From: Phaeosaccion multiseriatum
Lineage: Eukaryota; Protista; Ochrophyta, other classes
Direction: 5' to 3'
Length of the DNA: 64,000 nt
Assembly: GCA_965112735.1 (NCBI GenBank)
Contig: OZ218952.1
Span: forward strand, 4,030,001 to 4,094,000
In this document: positions 23,490 to 35,349 of the stretch, one piece after another
Numbering within the stretch: position 1 is the first letter of the stretch
Layout of the letters: every line of letters begins with the position of its first letter
The notes under the pieces: generated by a model
The model's database searches: none
What the model saw: the letters and a program-made list of their open reading frames with translations, nothing else
What the model was told of the DNA's origin: nothing
Made by a program: the position numbers and the translations under genes

Positions 23490-23550
23490 CCTAGCGGCCT
23501 AGGCCTATTTGGGAAAATTGCCCGGCCTAGCGAGGGCCGTAGGCCCTCGC
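23490..23550 (-). mobile_element. Degenerate remnant of MITE family A
   Basis: cggcctaggcctatttggg..cccggcctag resembles the reverse complement of 17378-17418. Confidence 0.4.
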
Positions 23551-23710
23551 CGCCTTCCTATCTCTTTCCGCCTCGCTGGCCTAGCACGCTTTGTGTATGG
23601 TTTCCGATGGTTTCCGACACGTGATTTTCTTTCCTCCCTTCTCTTCCCTTCCCATTTGTTCTTCCTCCTCCCCCGAGAGAAAATAATTATTTTGATCATT
23701 GGTATCAATC

Positions 23711-25039
23711 ATGGGGCTCTCTCACTCTCCTTCTTCTCTCTTTCGTGGGGCGGCAGCGGTGGCTGCGCTGTTGTTAGGGTCCTACTGCGGAAGGGTTGGA
23801 GCGGGCGGAGAGCCGGTGGCACTTGAAGACCTGGAAGGCTTGCTGCAGGCTACAGGCAAAGGCGATGACTACGGTACCGGCGAGAGGATATCCAGGTCAG
23901 TGGCGGTAGCAGTGGGGGCAGGGGGGCGCACGGGGAAGACTATGGGGCTGCTATGAGCTGAGAATGGGCGGACCTTCTGGAGCCAGCTGGAGGGAGGAGC
24001 GCTAGTGTAGCTGTAGCGTGCTTTCCCTGCCTTTTCTCCACCCTCTCCTGCTTTTCCCTTTTTCTCCTTCACCCTCTCGTCTTTGCCCTGCTGTTCCGCT
24101 TGGCCTCCTTCCTCTTTCTCTCTCCCTCTGCAGAGAGGCCATTGTGCTGTTCCACAAGCAAGGCCTGTGCACCCCCGACTTCTCCAAGCTTGGCATGTTC
24201 GCCAAGAATGACCACCTCTACGTGCTTGCGAGCGTAGATGTGGATCACGTGAACAGCGATCTGATGGAGGTGAGCGGACTTTTCGTGGGTCAAGAAGGGG
24301 AAGGGAGGGCTGGTGCTTCACATCCCCACTTTTGAGGAAACAATGGACAGAGCTAGAAGCAATACGTGACACACACGACCTACGTTGTGGCCGCTTCCCC
24401 TAGAAGAAGGTTCGTAACGAATGTTCCTCACTCTGTCCAAATCTGCTCCCTCTCCGCTGTTTGGCAGGCTCTCCGTGTGAAGCCGGAGGAGCTGGAGAAG
24501 AACTGTCCTGTGGCTGTGGTGGTCGAGGAGCGATCCCTTGTGGACAACCTCCAATCCAAGAAGGTTGTGGGCACAGCGAAAACAGCCATCAGTCAGGCCA
24601 TCATCAGCACGCAAGCGGTAGGTGGGGATGAGGGTGGAATGGAAGAGCCGTCGGGTGGGTGGCCACGGGTGCCATCACGTAGGGGCTTTAGCAGGAACTC
24701 ATGCGTGTGGAGATGAAGTACTACCAGCGAACCAGCACATCGAACGAACGTGTTGTCCATTATTCCCCTCATCTTTTTCTCTCCTCCCCCATCCCGCAGG
24801 TGACGTTCGGCTTCCTGAACCAGCTGGACGAGGACGTGAAGCTCACGTACAGCTGGAACGACGAGCCCGAGCAACCAATGATCCCCAAAGAGACGTAAGG
24901 GCACACTCTCAACCGTTACGGCCTTTGTCAGCCCTCTCCTACCACGCCCTCCACGTGTCCTCTCTCCCGTCCCCTCCAATTCACCCTCTTGAGTTTCTTC
25001 CCGAACGTGTGCAGTCAACTAACCACCTCCTGCTATGCT

Positions 25040-25081
<42 letters not shown>

Positions 25082-27144
25082 TGGCGAATCCATCAGCGTG
25101 CTGACTCCTGGGAAGGAGCGCTGGATCACCACCTATCGCACCACCGTGGCCATTGCCCGACGAGTGGACACGGGGGAGGAGCTGGGGCGGCGCCTCATCG
25201 ACTACACCGGAGAGTTCATCGTCAACGCCCTCACCTGTAATGCCCTCACCTGCGGTATTGAAATGAGGGACACGGGAGTCACCTTCACGTAAGTTAGTTT
25301 TGGGCTGCTCCTGTGCCCTGCTAAAGTATGGGCATCTGGGCATTCCCTCCCCTATCTCTCTCCCTCTCTCTTTTCCCCCCCACCCCTCTTGTTTTCGTTG
25401 CTTGGCGGGGTGCTGGGATATACTTGGCTTGGGACGGGAGCAAGTGTCATCATTGGTTGAGTGGTGTTGCACTTTCTAACAGCATCCTCTCCAGAGAGGC
25501 ACACATTGTCCCATCCCCTCCCCTTGGAAGCCCTCCACGCGTACTCATCAGCACCCTGTTACCCTTCACCTGCTCGATCTCTTCCTTCTACCTGCCTACC
25601 TTCCCACCTGCCTACCGACAGGGCCCAAGAAGAGAAAGCGATGGACATGAGCAGGAGGAGTGTGGACCACAACAACAGAAAACAGCCGGGAGAGCTGCCC
25701 GTGTTCACTGACATCGGCTTTAAGAAGGTCACCGTCCCAGACGATGTGTGGGACCTCGTTCAGACGTACTACCACAGAAACCAGGTGGGGTGGGCGCGTG
25801 CGTGCATACCATGCCGAAGCGTCGCCTTGTATACCGGGGAGGACGTTGGGGAGCACGATCACCTGTCCCGGACCGAAAAGAGTTGTAGCGACCGGGTTTC
25901 GGTCGGCAGGCACCCCGGCTGATTTGCCCCTTCTTCTCCAAGTCACTTGCATTAATTTTGCACATGTGAATATGCCTGCTGTGCCCCCCTCTCCTCTCGT
26001 CAGAATGACCCGAAGCTTGAAACCTGGGGCAAGAACAATGGTGAGGAGACAAAAGCATACTCTTTGCCAGTATACCCACCCTGCAGTTTGCGATCTTCTG
26101 AAAGGAAACCGGGTGACGATCTTCTTCGTATCTGCCTGCTGTGTGGTCCTCGTTGTTGTCGTCGTCGTTGTCGCTCTGCTTACCGGCCATACCCTCCCTC
26201 CTCCTCCTCCTCCTCCTCCTCCTCCTCCTCCTCCTCCTCCCCTCCCCCTCTTCAGTCTTCACCAACAACAAGGTGGCCCCAACCTACATGGTCAACTTGC
26301 CCGAGCAGGGCATATTCAAGCCCAAGCTCTTCAACGGTATTCGACCCATCCTGGAGGAGTGGGCGGGTTGTGAGCTCGAGCAGACAGCCTGCTACGGCAT
26401 CCGAGTGTACACCAACGGCAGCTGGCTCGTCAACCACGTTGACTCGAGGGCCACACACGCGGGTAAGAGTGTGGGGGAGAAGAACGGCAGTACGAGCTCC
26501 GTCCGCTCCGGTCTTGCTCGTGCGCTTTGGCTCCTCGTTTCGCACTCTTTTCTCTTTCTCAAGCTGTCTATTGCCCCTGGCTTATCTGTCGACACACGTT
26601 TCCTGCCCCCCCCGTCTACACGCGCCTGTCTGCCTGTGTACCCTGTCTGCCTGTGTACCCTGTTTGCCCTGTCTCTCTGTCTGGCGCAGTGTCTGTGATC
26701 ATCAACGTGGACCAGGAGGTGGATGAGCCCTGGCCGCTTATGATCCACGACCACGAGGGCAACGACTACAACATCACCATGAAGCCAAGAGACATGGTGC
26801 TCTATGAGAGCGCCACGTGCATCCACGGCCGACCGACGTACATGGAAGGCTCCTTCTATTCCAACATGTTTGTCCATTGTAAGTGGCAAGTAGAGGGGGA
26901 GAGGGGGGGGGAGAGAGAGTCAACGTGGCGCCACCACACGTCGCATTATTTGTACGGGGATCCGCGGTGGGCCTTTCCTTACCAATTTTTCGCCTCCCAT
27001 TCTCTTTCTCTCTCTGTGTGTATGTGTGTGTTTGCGTGTGCATCAACGTCTCTGTCTCTGTCTTTCCGTATCTCCGTCTCTCTTCGCCCTCCAGACCGAC
27101 CGACGGACCCGGAGAAGTGGAAAATCTACAACGAGAAGAAATAG
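23711..27144 (+). CDS. Secreted/ER 2OG-Fe(II) oxygenase superfamily protein (prolyl-hydroxylase-like), multi-exon
   Basis: Signal-peptide-like N-terminus. Spliced C-terminus ILEEWAGCELEQTACYGIRVYTNGSWLVNHVD..VSVIINVDQEVDEPWPL..MVLYESATCIHGRP..YSNMFVH contains the HxD...H..R signature. Confidence 0.8.
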
Positions 27145-27245
27145 AGCAGGGGCGAGATTGAATAAGCGTGGGAGGGGCTTCTTACTTTTCCCTCTCTTTC
27201 CCCCCTTCTCTGCCTGTCTGAAGGGTTTCTGATAAGCAAAGCAAT

Positions 27246-27381
27246 TCGGCTCCAGACTGGCCTAGAAGCCTATGCTCTAGGCCTAGGCCGGCGGCCGTTG
27301 GCCGCTCTAGGCCGGCAATTTTTTCTCCCTAGGTTTCTAAGCAAGTAAGGCCAGAGTCTGGAGCTCGGCCGATGGAGCCGA
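27246..27381. mobile_element. MITE family A, short copy
   Basis: First ~37 bp identical to 15366-15402 with continuing similarity; ends ggagccga; flanks agcaat / agcatc. Confidence 0.8.
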
Positions 27382-27474
27382 AGCATCGAGAAGCAAAATG
27401 GATGTGTACATTTTCGTGGTAGAATTTCAATTTCAATTTTCCCTGCCGAACTGCCAGTTGAGTCGACAAAAAAT

Positions 27475-27511
<37 letters not shown>

Positions 27512-27641
27512 TGCTGATGAGGGAGAAGAGAGAGAAGAGGCTTCTAGAGCTTCGTAAGAAGTAGAATATTGAACAGGAAGAGAAAAAGGATATCGAAAAA
27601 GGGCGCGAGGAGACTGAGGTGATTCTTGCCGTCTCGCTCAG

Positions 27642-29850
27642 ATGGAACAAGAGGGGGAGGAGAAAGCACCCGCTGGTGTACAGCGCTCAGCCTCTTTCCA
27701 GAGCTCGCAGGTGCTCCAGCAAAGAGAGCAGATGCTCATCCAGGCACTTAGCGACGAGAACATGTGAGTAGGTACTCAACCTCAAATGATGCCTTTATTA
27801 CTTCCCCCCCCCATTACTATCGCACTCCCTTGCATCTTGTTCAAGACATAACCGTGAATTCTCCTCCTCCTCCTCCTCCTCTTCCTCCTCCTGTCCCTGT
27901 CTCTCTCTGTGTGCTCTCTGTGTGCTCTCTGTGTGCTCTGTCCCTCCCTTCTCTCTCCTTCTATGGCTCTCACGCTCTCGCTCTCTCCATCCCTTTATCT
28001 ATCTGTTTATCTCTCTTTCTATCTCTCTCGCTGTCACTCGCTCTCTCTCTCTCCCTCTCTTCCTCTCTCTCTACTTCTCTCGCTCTCCCCTCTTGCTCCC
28101 GCTCGTCCCGTGCACCCTCTCCTCTGTATCCTCTTTATCCCTCCTCAGCGAGACGCTCTCCGCTCTCCTCTGTCAGCAGCCGGGAGGGGTGGTGGGCATC
28201 GCACAGCCCCTGGTACGCTCGGACGTGTGGTGCCTTCTCCTCCTGGGCACCCCTGCGGCGGCTTTGTCGGAACTTGCTCAGGAGAATCGTCGCAGCATTC
28301 ACGGGAAGTCCAGAGAGTCGGACGAGGCAGATGCCACATCCCGCTTCTCGAAGGTAAAATGACCCCCGTGGTTCTCTCTCTCTGTGTGTGTGTGTTTGGG
28401 TGTGCTTATTTGTGTGTGTATCTTCCTCCCCCTCCTCTCTCTCACCTGTCTCTCTCTGATATGGACATGTACTTCAAGACCTCTCAAACGCTTCTACGTA
28501 CATGTGAACATCCCTCCGTGCCTCTCGCAGGACGATCAGCGCACACTCGCCGCAGACATCAAGCGCACCAGACAGGTACGCGACGCTCATTGATCAGTGC
28601 TTAGTTGGGTCGGGAGGTACCCAAGGTCTTCCACCTCTGGCTGCTACTCCCTCCTACTCTTCACCGAAGGGCGGCTGTGGTTCAGGTCGGGTCGCTCATG
28701 GTCTTTGGTCCTGTGTGCCTGCTGCTGCTGTACGTACCTTTGCCCTTCCCCGCCCCACCCCCTATCGTCACAGGCATACCCCTTATTTAAGCGGCCAGAG
28801 GTGCAACTTCTCATCAGCGAAGTGCTGGAGCAGTACTGTGTTAAGCATGGTAAAAGCCAGAGGGTGAAAGGGGGGGGGGGGGGCAGGAGGCTAGAGGGTA
28901 GGGGGCAAACAGACAGCAGAGCCTCAAAGAAGGAAGGAAGTGCGAAAGGCGTAGTTTAAGTAACTTGAAGAAGGGCGAAAGGGGCCGACAGGGCTGTCTC
29001 TTTGGAGCTCCGACCTGCACCCAAGTCCCTTAGGAAAGCTTACTTCCGGGGTTGGGTTCCGTCTCGGGGTGGTGGTGTGGTACATCTTGTGACTGCTATT
29101 GCCAGTCCTGCTCTGCGTGCGTCGACTTTTGGATACCCCACGCTTTCTCTTCTCACGCCGAGCACCCCCCACCCCCACCCACACCTTTCCCTTCCCCCTC
29201 GCATTTGCCTTTGCCTTTGCCCTACCTTCCACCCGTCAGGCGTCCGCTACAAGCAGGGTAAAAACGAGCTCCTGGCCCCCTTTGTGGGGTTGCAGGACCC
29301 TCCGCTGCCATCTCACGTCATCTCGCTCCTCTTTGAAGCCTTTGTGAGCCGCTTCGCCAGCAGGTAATTCGGGCTGAGCATTTATCGCTTTTCGAAAACT
29401 GCTCCCTGTCTGCCTGTCTGTCTGCCTGTCTGTCTGCCTGTCTGCCGGTCTGGCTCCCTCCCACCCACTCTTCCTTCTTCCTCCTCCCTCCCTCCCTCCC
29501 TCCCTTCCTCCCTCCCTCCCTCCCTCCCTCCCTCCCCCCATTCCTTCCTTCCTTCCTTCCTTCCTTCTTTCCTCACTGCCTTCTTCCTTCCTCCCTCACC
29601 TCTCCCCCTTCAGGTGGTACTGCGACGACGAGTTCGAGGCCCTGCAGGTATCCTTCAAGGTGTTTCGTATCCTACTGCTCTATGTTGACCCCGCGCTGGC
29701 CATGCGCCTCGACGAGTGCGAGTTTACGCCTGAACTATACACCACAAGTTGGCTCATCACCATCTTCAGCCGCAATCTTTCTCTGGAGGAGGTGAGAGGA
29801 CAGAGGAGGAGGAGGAGGAGGGGGAGGAGGATCAAAGGAGGAGGAGGTGG

Positions 29851-29901
<51 letters not shown>

Positions 29902-32900
29902 TAGTAGGAATAGTTGCGGAGGAGGAGAGAAACAGACAAGACTCACATTGCGGTCCGTTGTGTGCCGCTGAAAGCCCCCCTCCCTCTTCCCCTTCCCTGT
30001 CTCGCCCGTCGTTCCGTCGGTTCCGTCACAGGTGTTTCCGCTTTGGGACTTTTACCTGGGGCTCAACGACCCTTCCTTCGTCTTCATTCTGCTGGCAGCG
30101 CTGCTCAACAGCCACCGCACTCGGCTGATGCAAGTGACCGCGTCACACGCCATGCCCGAAGCCATTCAGGTCAGGGGGCGGGCCAGGGACATCGGAGTGG
30201 GAGCAGTGAATGTAGGCGACGAAGTACGGCCAAGTAGAAGCCCGAAAATGAGCCTCTTGTGACCCCCCCCCTCTATGAGCCTCTTGGCCTCTTGTGACCC
30301 CCCCCCCCCCCCCCTCTCTCTCTCGCTCGCTCGCTCGCTCGTCTGTTTGTTGTTCCCGTCTTCTTCTTGTCCGTCCGTGATCCCTTCGGCTTCACTCACT
30401 GTGTACTCGATCGGTGATACAGGAATGTGCGGAAGGGGCGGTATCCATACCGAAGTTATTGAGAAGGGCCAAGCGCTTCCATAGTCTCATCCCTGTCTCC
30501 TTTAGAGACACATTGAGGTCTTGCTGTAGCGACAGTGACATGGGCGAGAGGACCGTGGAGGGGAATGGGAAGATGGGACTCCACACCTCTCGGGCGCTCT
30601 TCTACGAGGCTGTGGGGTGTGTGTCAGTGGGGGCGTGGGAGCTGATAGGTCAGCTGAGGGGCCCAACAGTAGCAGGAGCAGGAGGACGAGGAGGGGGAGG
30701 AAGCGGGTCTGCGAAGGGTCCAGCAGCACCGCCACCACCACCGGGAGGAGGAAGAGGAGGAGGAGGAGGAGGAGGGGGGGGGGAGGGGAATGGCAGTAGC
30801 GAAAAGAGGAGCGAAGAGGAGGACAGGTAAGGGTTCACTTGGAGCACACAGAGAGCTCGGGGATTGGTGTGGAAGGGAGGAGGAAGGGCAACTATCGTGT
30901 TGTTTTGTGTTAAAAGGAACCCACATATCCGCGTTCCTGCATGCCTCTCTGGTAGACTGGGGAAGGGGCTGATGTGGTTTCATTCCCCTGCTTGCCTTTG
31001 CTTGGTCCTGTCTGCTCTGTTCGCTTGCTCACTTGCTCCTTCTGTTGCTGTTGCGGATGCGGCTACTGTTTTTTTGTGTGGTGGTGGTCGTCATTGTTGG
31101 TGGTTGTTGTTGCTGGTTTTGCTCTTGTTATGGTCTCCCTCTCTCTTTTCTCTCCTTCCCTTCATTTCTGTAACCCACAGAATACGCAGCAATAGCTTCA
31201 AGAAGGTCCCGAGCTTCCGTACCTCAACCGTTCAGAACGACACGACATATAGGGACGATGAGCAAGGGTCCGTGGAGCTCCACCCCCCCCCTTCCCCGGT
31301 AGCACAAGTCACAGAGGGAGAAGCGTCTCCAGAATCGCGGGGTAGTGATAGTCCCATCGATAGCGGTAGTAGTACAGGTAGCAGCACAAGAGGTGGCAGC
31401 AAGAACGAGTTGGAGTCCAAGTGTCCTGCCTCCGGCTCGGGAACGCCGTCGTCGGATTACGTGGGGTCACCACTCGGCCCCAACGCTCGGAGGGCAAATG
31501 ATGGGGGGCCCGGCGAGGGCGAAGGCCACGGCGGCAGCAGTGGTGCTAAACGACGCAGCGGCAGCGGCCCACAGCGCCCGTACTCAAGCGTTGGTGCTCG
31601 AAGTACCATGTCCCCCACCGCAGCCGCCGCCGCCGGAGGCGGAGGAGGGAGGAGAGCAAGGAGCGGCAGCAATAGCAGCTATGGGAGCACGACGCGGAGT
31701 GGCACAGGCACCGGCAGGCAGGAGGGCGGGAACGAGAATGGGTCGGACGCTGATGAGTCTAGCTTGGATGGGCAGTGCCTACCACCCACCAGCGGGGTGC
31801 GCACTGTGGTACTCGACCTCCGTAGCGAGGACGAAGTGGACAACAGCGGCTCGGGCACTATCGCCAAGGTATATGGGATCACAGACATGCGCGCCGCACA
31901 CACACGCGCACACACACATGCACACACCTCACGTCGCCCTCCGCTTCCTCCTCCTGCTACTACTTCTACTGTTACTCCTGCTGCTGCCCTCCCCCCCCAG
32001 GCCCTACGTGTACCGCCGCGCCTGCTTCAGCTACCGGACACGCTGGAGGCCTGGCTGCAGCACCTCGACAGCACCCGGGGATGCTGCCAGATATGCCTTC
32101 TTGACTCCCCGCCTGGCAAGGTGAGGTAGAGAGGCACTGACATGGGGCGAGACACACTAGGAGGCGGACGGAGGGGGAAGGGGGGGAGGGTGAAATGAAT
32201 AAAGTGACCTGTGGTAGGGAAGTGAGGGGTATGTAGGTGTTCATGCAGCAGGGCAGTGCATGCAGTGCAGATACGCATTTCAGTTCATTCCCCCGTATCT
32301 CTCCCTCTGTCAGAAGCTTACGGTGTGTGTGTGTGCGTGTCTGTGGGCATGCGTGTGTTGTATTGGGTGCGTGTGCGTGCGCGCCTGTGTCCCGTATACC
32401 GATACGCCGTGTCGTCGCCGCCGTCATCATCATCATCATCATCATCATCATCAGGGGTCCTCGGTGGGCACCATGTGGCGACGTATGTTGGCAGTAGGCG
32501 GAGCAGTGGGCGGGGCAGTGGGCGGGGCGGTAGGAGGGGCAGGGGGAGGGGTGGGGGGCGTCTTCTCGTTGAATGGGAACGACAAAGAGGAGGCCTACCA
32601 CTCCAGCGCTGCTGTTGTGCGGCCGTCGTTGTCGCAGGTACGGGGTCTGTCCGCCTCTCTCCTTCGATCTGTACCTCCCTCCCTTCTCTCCTCGTGTATC
32701 GTACATACCCTTCTCACTGTGCTATGCGAGGCTCACGCGCTCCTCGCTCGGCCCATTCCCGTTCCCCGCTCCCCGTCCCCGCAGGCCCTTCCTCCCCCGG
32801 TGGGCGGGGGAGGCCCAGGGGGGCACACCATCTCCCGGCTCTTCGTAGAGCACCTCCAACGCCGAGGCTTCCCCTTTGTGGGGGTGCTCGAGGGGGGCAT

Positions 32901-34754
32901 GCACGCGCTCCTTGCAGCTCTGCAGGCAGAAGGCGCGGGCGGATTCGAACCCGTTGTCATCAACCACGACCCTGTTCAGTATCGCAAGTGGTGTCTCAAG
33001 GAGGGGTTACCGCCCCTCACCTCCGCCCCAGCTCCAGAGGCGGCGATAATGTCTCCTCGTAGTCGAATGTCTGCCACTACCGTCGCTCCGGGCTCGCTTC
33101 TTCGAAAGGTCTCTCCGAAAAGAAGCCGAGGGAAGGTGGCCCGCTCTGGTGGATCAGCAGCAGGAGGAGCGTGGGCAGCAGCAGCAGGAGCAGGAGGAGG
33201 AGGAGGAGGAGGAGTAGGCGAAGGAGGAGGGGCGACAGGGGAGCGCAGCACAAGGAGAATGGGGTCGATGGAGGGCAGACAAGCAGCGAGGGCCTTGGGC
33301 GGCTTCTTTTCTGCAGGTGAGGAGGTGGAATTGCAGGGCACGTTTTCCGGTCGTTCCTTGCTCCCTGTGTGCCTTTTGCATAGCTGCGCTCACACACACC
33401 GTGCTTCCCCCTTCCTAGTCACCCTCCTTTCGGTTGAGATTGAGCCCTTGTGGTTTGCTTACCTTACACGTGAAATGCTGAAAACGAAACGAAACTTATG
33501 AGCATAACGTCAATATAACGTTATCGTTCACGGTGTTGTTCAGGCGTGGGCTGGCTAAAGAATGCCGACGGACACGCTGCTATCTACGACAACGACGATG
33601 AAGAGGAGGAGGACGAGGATGCAGAGGCCGGTACTTACCGCAGCGAGGACGAGGAGGTGGAGCAGGAGGGGGACACTGTGTTGCTTAGCGACGGACCCCA
33701 TGCAGGAAGGGGAGGGAGGGAAAAGCAGCAACAGCGTCAGTCAGAACTCGCACTGAGCACAGCATATCATCGGAAGCACCTCACTGTAGCGGTGCTGCTT
33801 CAGTCGAGGCTGGGAGTCGCGAATGTATCACCACCTGCTGGGGCTACCGACGAGGGTGGTGGGGTTCTGCCGGTGGTTGAGCACGTGGGGAAGGAGAACA
33901 GTGGTGGCATATCAGCAGCTGCCCCTGACACACAGCAGACGGTGGGTCATAGTAACGAGGCTGGACATCAGCTGCCTTCTCCTTCTCCTCCTCCTCCTCG
34001 TCCTCTGCAGAAGGCACACGAGGAACTGTCTGACACGTCTCTGGAGACTGAGCCCGGCTGGGAGCTGCCGGCCGATCTTCGTCTTCCGGACCCTATTTGC
34101 AAGGTTCAGGGCTGGGAGGGGGTCATCGGGAGACTCAAGCCCCAAGGTGAGGGAAGGAGGACGAAGAGGGGGGGATTTTTGTCCACTTTCTCGCTCCCAC
34201 TCCCGCAGACCATTGCTCGGCAGTGCACGCGTTTTCAAGTTCTGTCATCCCACTTTTTTTTCTTTTTTTTTTTTCGTGCTCCTGAATTCTCTGCATGTAC
34301 CCCCCTCCTCCCGTACTTGACTTCTCTTCTGGCTGGAAGGCACGGGAGCGACGGTGGCCGCAGCTACTGCTCCTGCTGCTGCTCCTGCTCCTGCTGCTGC
34401 TCCTGCTCCTGCTGCTGCTCCTGCTCCTGCTGCTAATCCTATTGCTGCCACTGCTACTGCTCCTGCTGCTGGATTCGCCCTGGAAAGAGAGCGCGAGAGT
34501 GAGAACGGGAGCGAGAGCGTGAGGCGGAGCCTGGAAGAAGGCCGCGAGAGGATGAAGAGCATTGTGCAGGCCTTACGTAGCGCGGAGCGGCTGGGCCACT
34601 ACTTGGCCGCTGAGCGCATCCGAGCCACACTGGACGAGGCCATTCGAGAAAGGCGGGAGGGGGAGGAGAAGAGGGCGAGAGGGGCGGCAGCGGCACGGGC
34701 GGCGTCTGCTCAGCAGCGTAAAAAGTACGAGGAAAAGAGGAAGATGATGCAGCC

Positions 34755-34787
<33 letters not shown>

Positions 34788-34875
34788 TCGGCAGAAGCGG
34801 TTGGACAAGAAGAGTGGCCAAGACGACAGTAGCGGCGCTGCTGGTGAAGAGATGGCGGATGGCGTGCTCGTGTGA
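27642..34875 (+). CDS. TBC (Rab-GAP) + rhodanese-like domain protein (TBC1D23/TBCK-like architecture)
   Basis: Spliced TBC motifs LAADIKRTRQ, YKQGKNELLAPF, FRILLLYVDPALA, PELYTTSWLITIFSR and VFPLWDFYL. Rhodanese-like VVLDLRSEDE..LQRRGFPFVGVLEGGMHAL. GT-AG introns throughout. Confidence 0.85.
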
Positions 34876-35349
34876 GTGAGGCAGTCTATCGCCCATGGTG
34901 AGGGAGGCGATGTGAGTCAGAGTTGTGGGATGTCGTGCCGCTCGCTTTCTTAGGACTCGCACTGCGTAGCGCCCCCCTGAAGTAGACCACACAGCTGGAC
35001 CAGAGTGACTGCGGTATCACCAACTGCTGCTGTACCACCAACTACCACTTCGGCCTCGAGCCTCGGCCTCCGCTTCTAGCTGTCTAGCTGGAGAGTCATG
35101 ACCTTTGTACAGTAGGCCACACAGGCGATCTCTAAGTACGCCGCCCTATACTGTTTGCCATGTAGTGGCATCTATCTGGCTTGCTTCACAGCCTCATTGC
35201 CCGTAGTAGAAGATTCGGGGAGGTGAAGGAAGTGTTTTTTATAGGCAAAGAAGGTACAAGGTTGTCTTTTTATGCAGTAACTTAAAAAAGTAGCTCAGAG
35301 GTAGCTCAGAGCGCCCGGCTTATCCTGGGTCAAGGCCTCTTCCGCCGTT

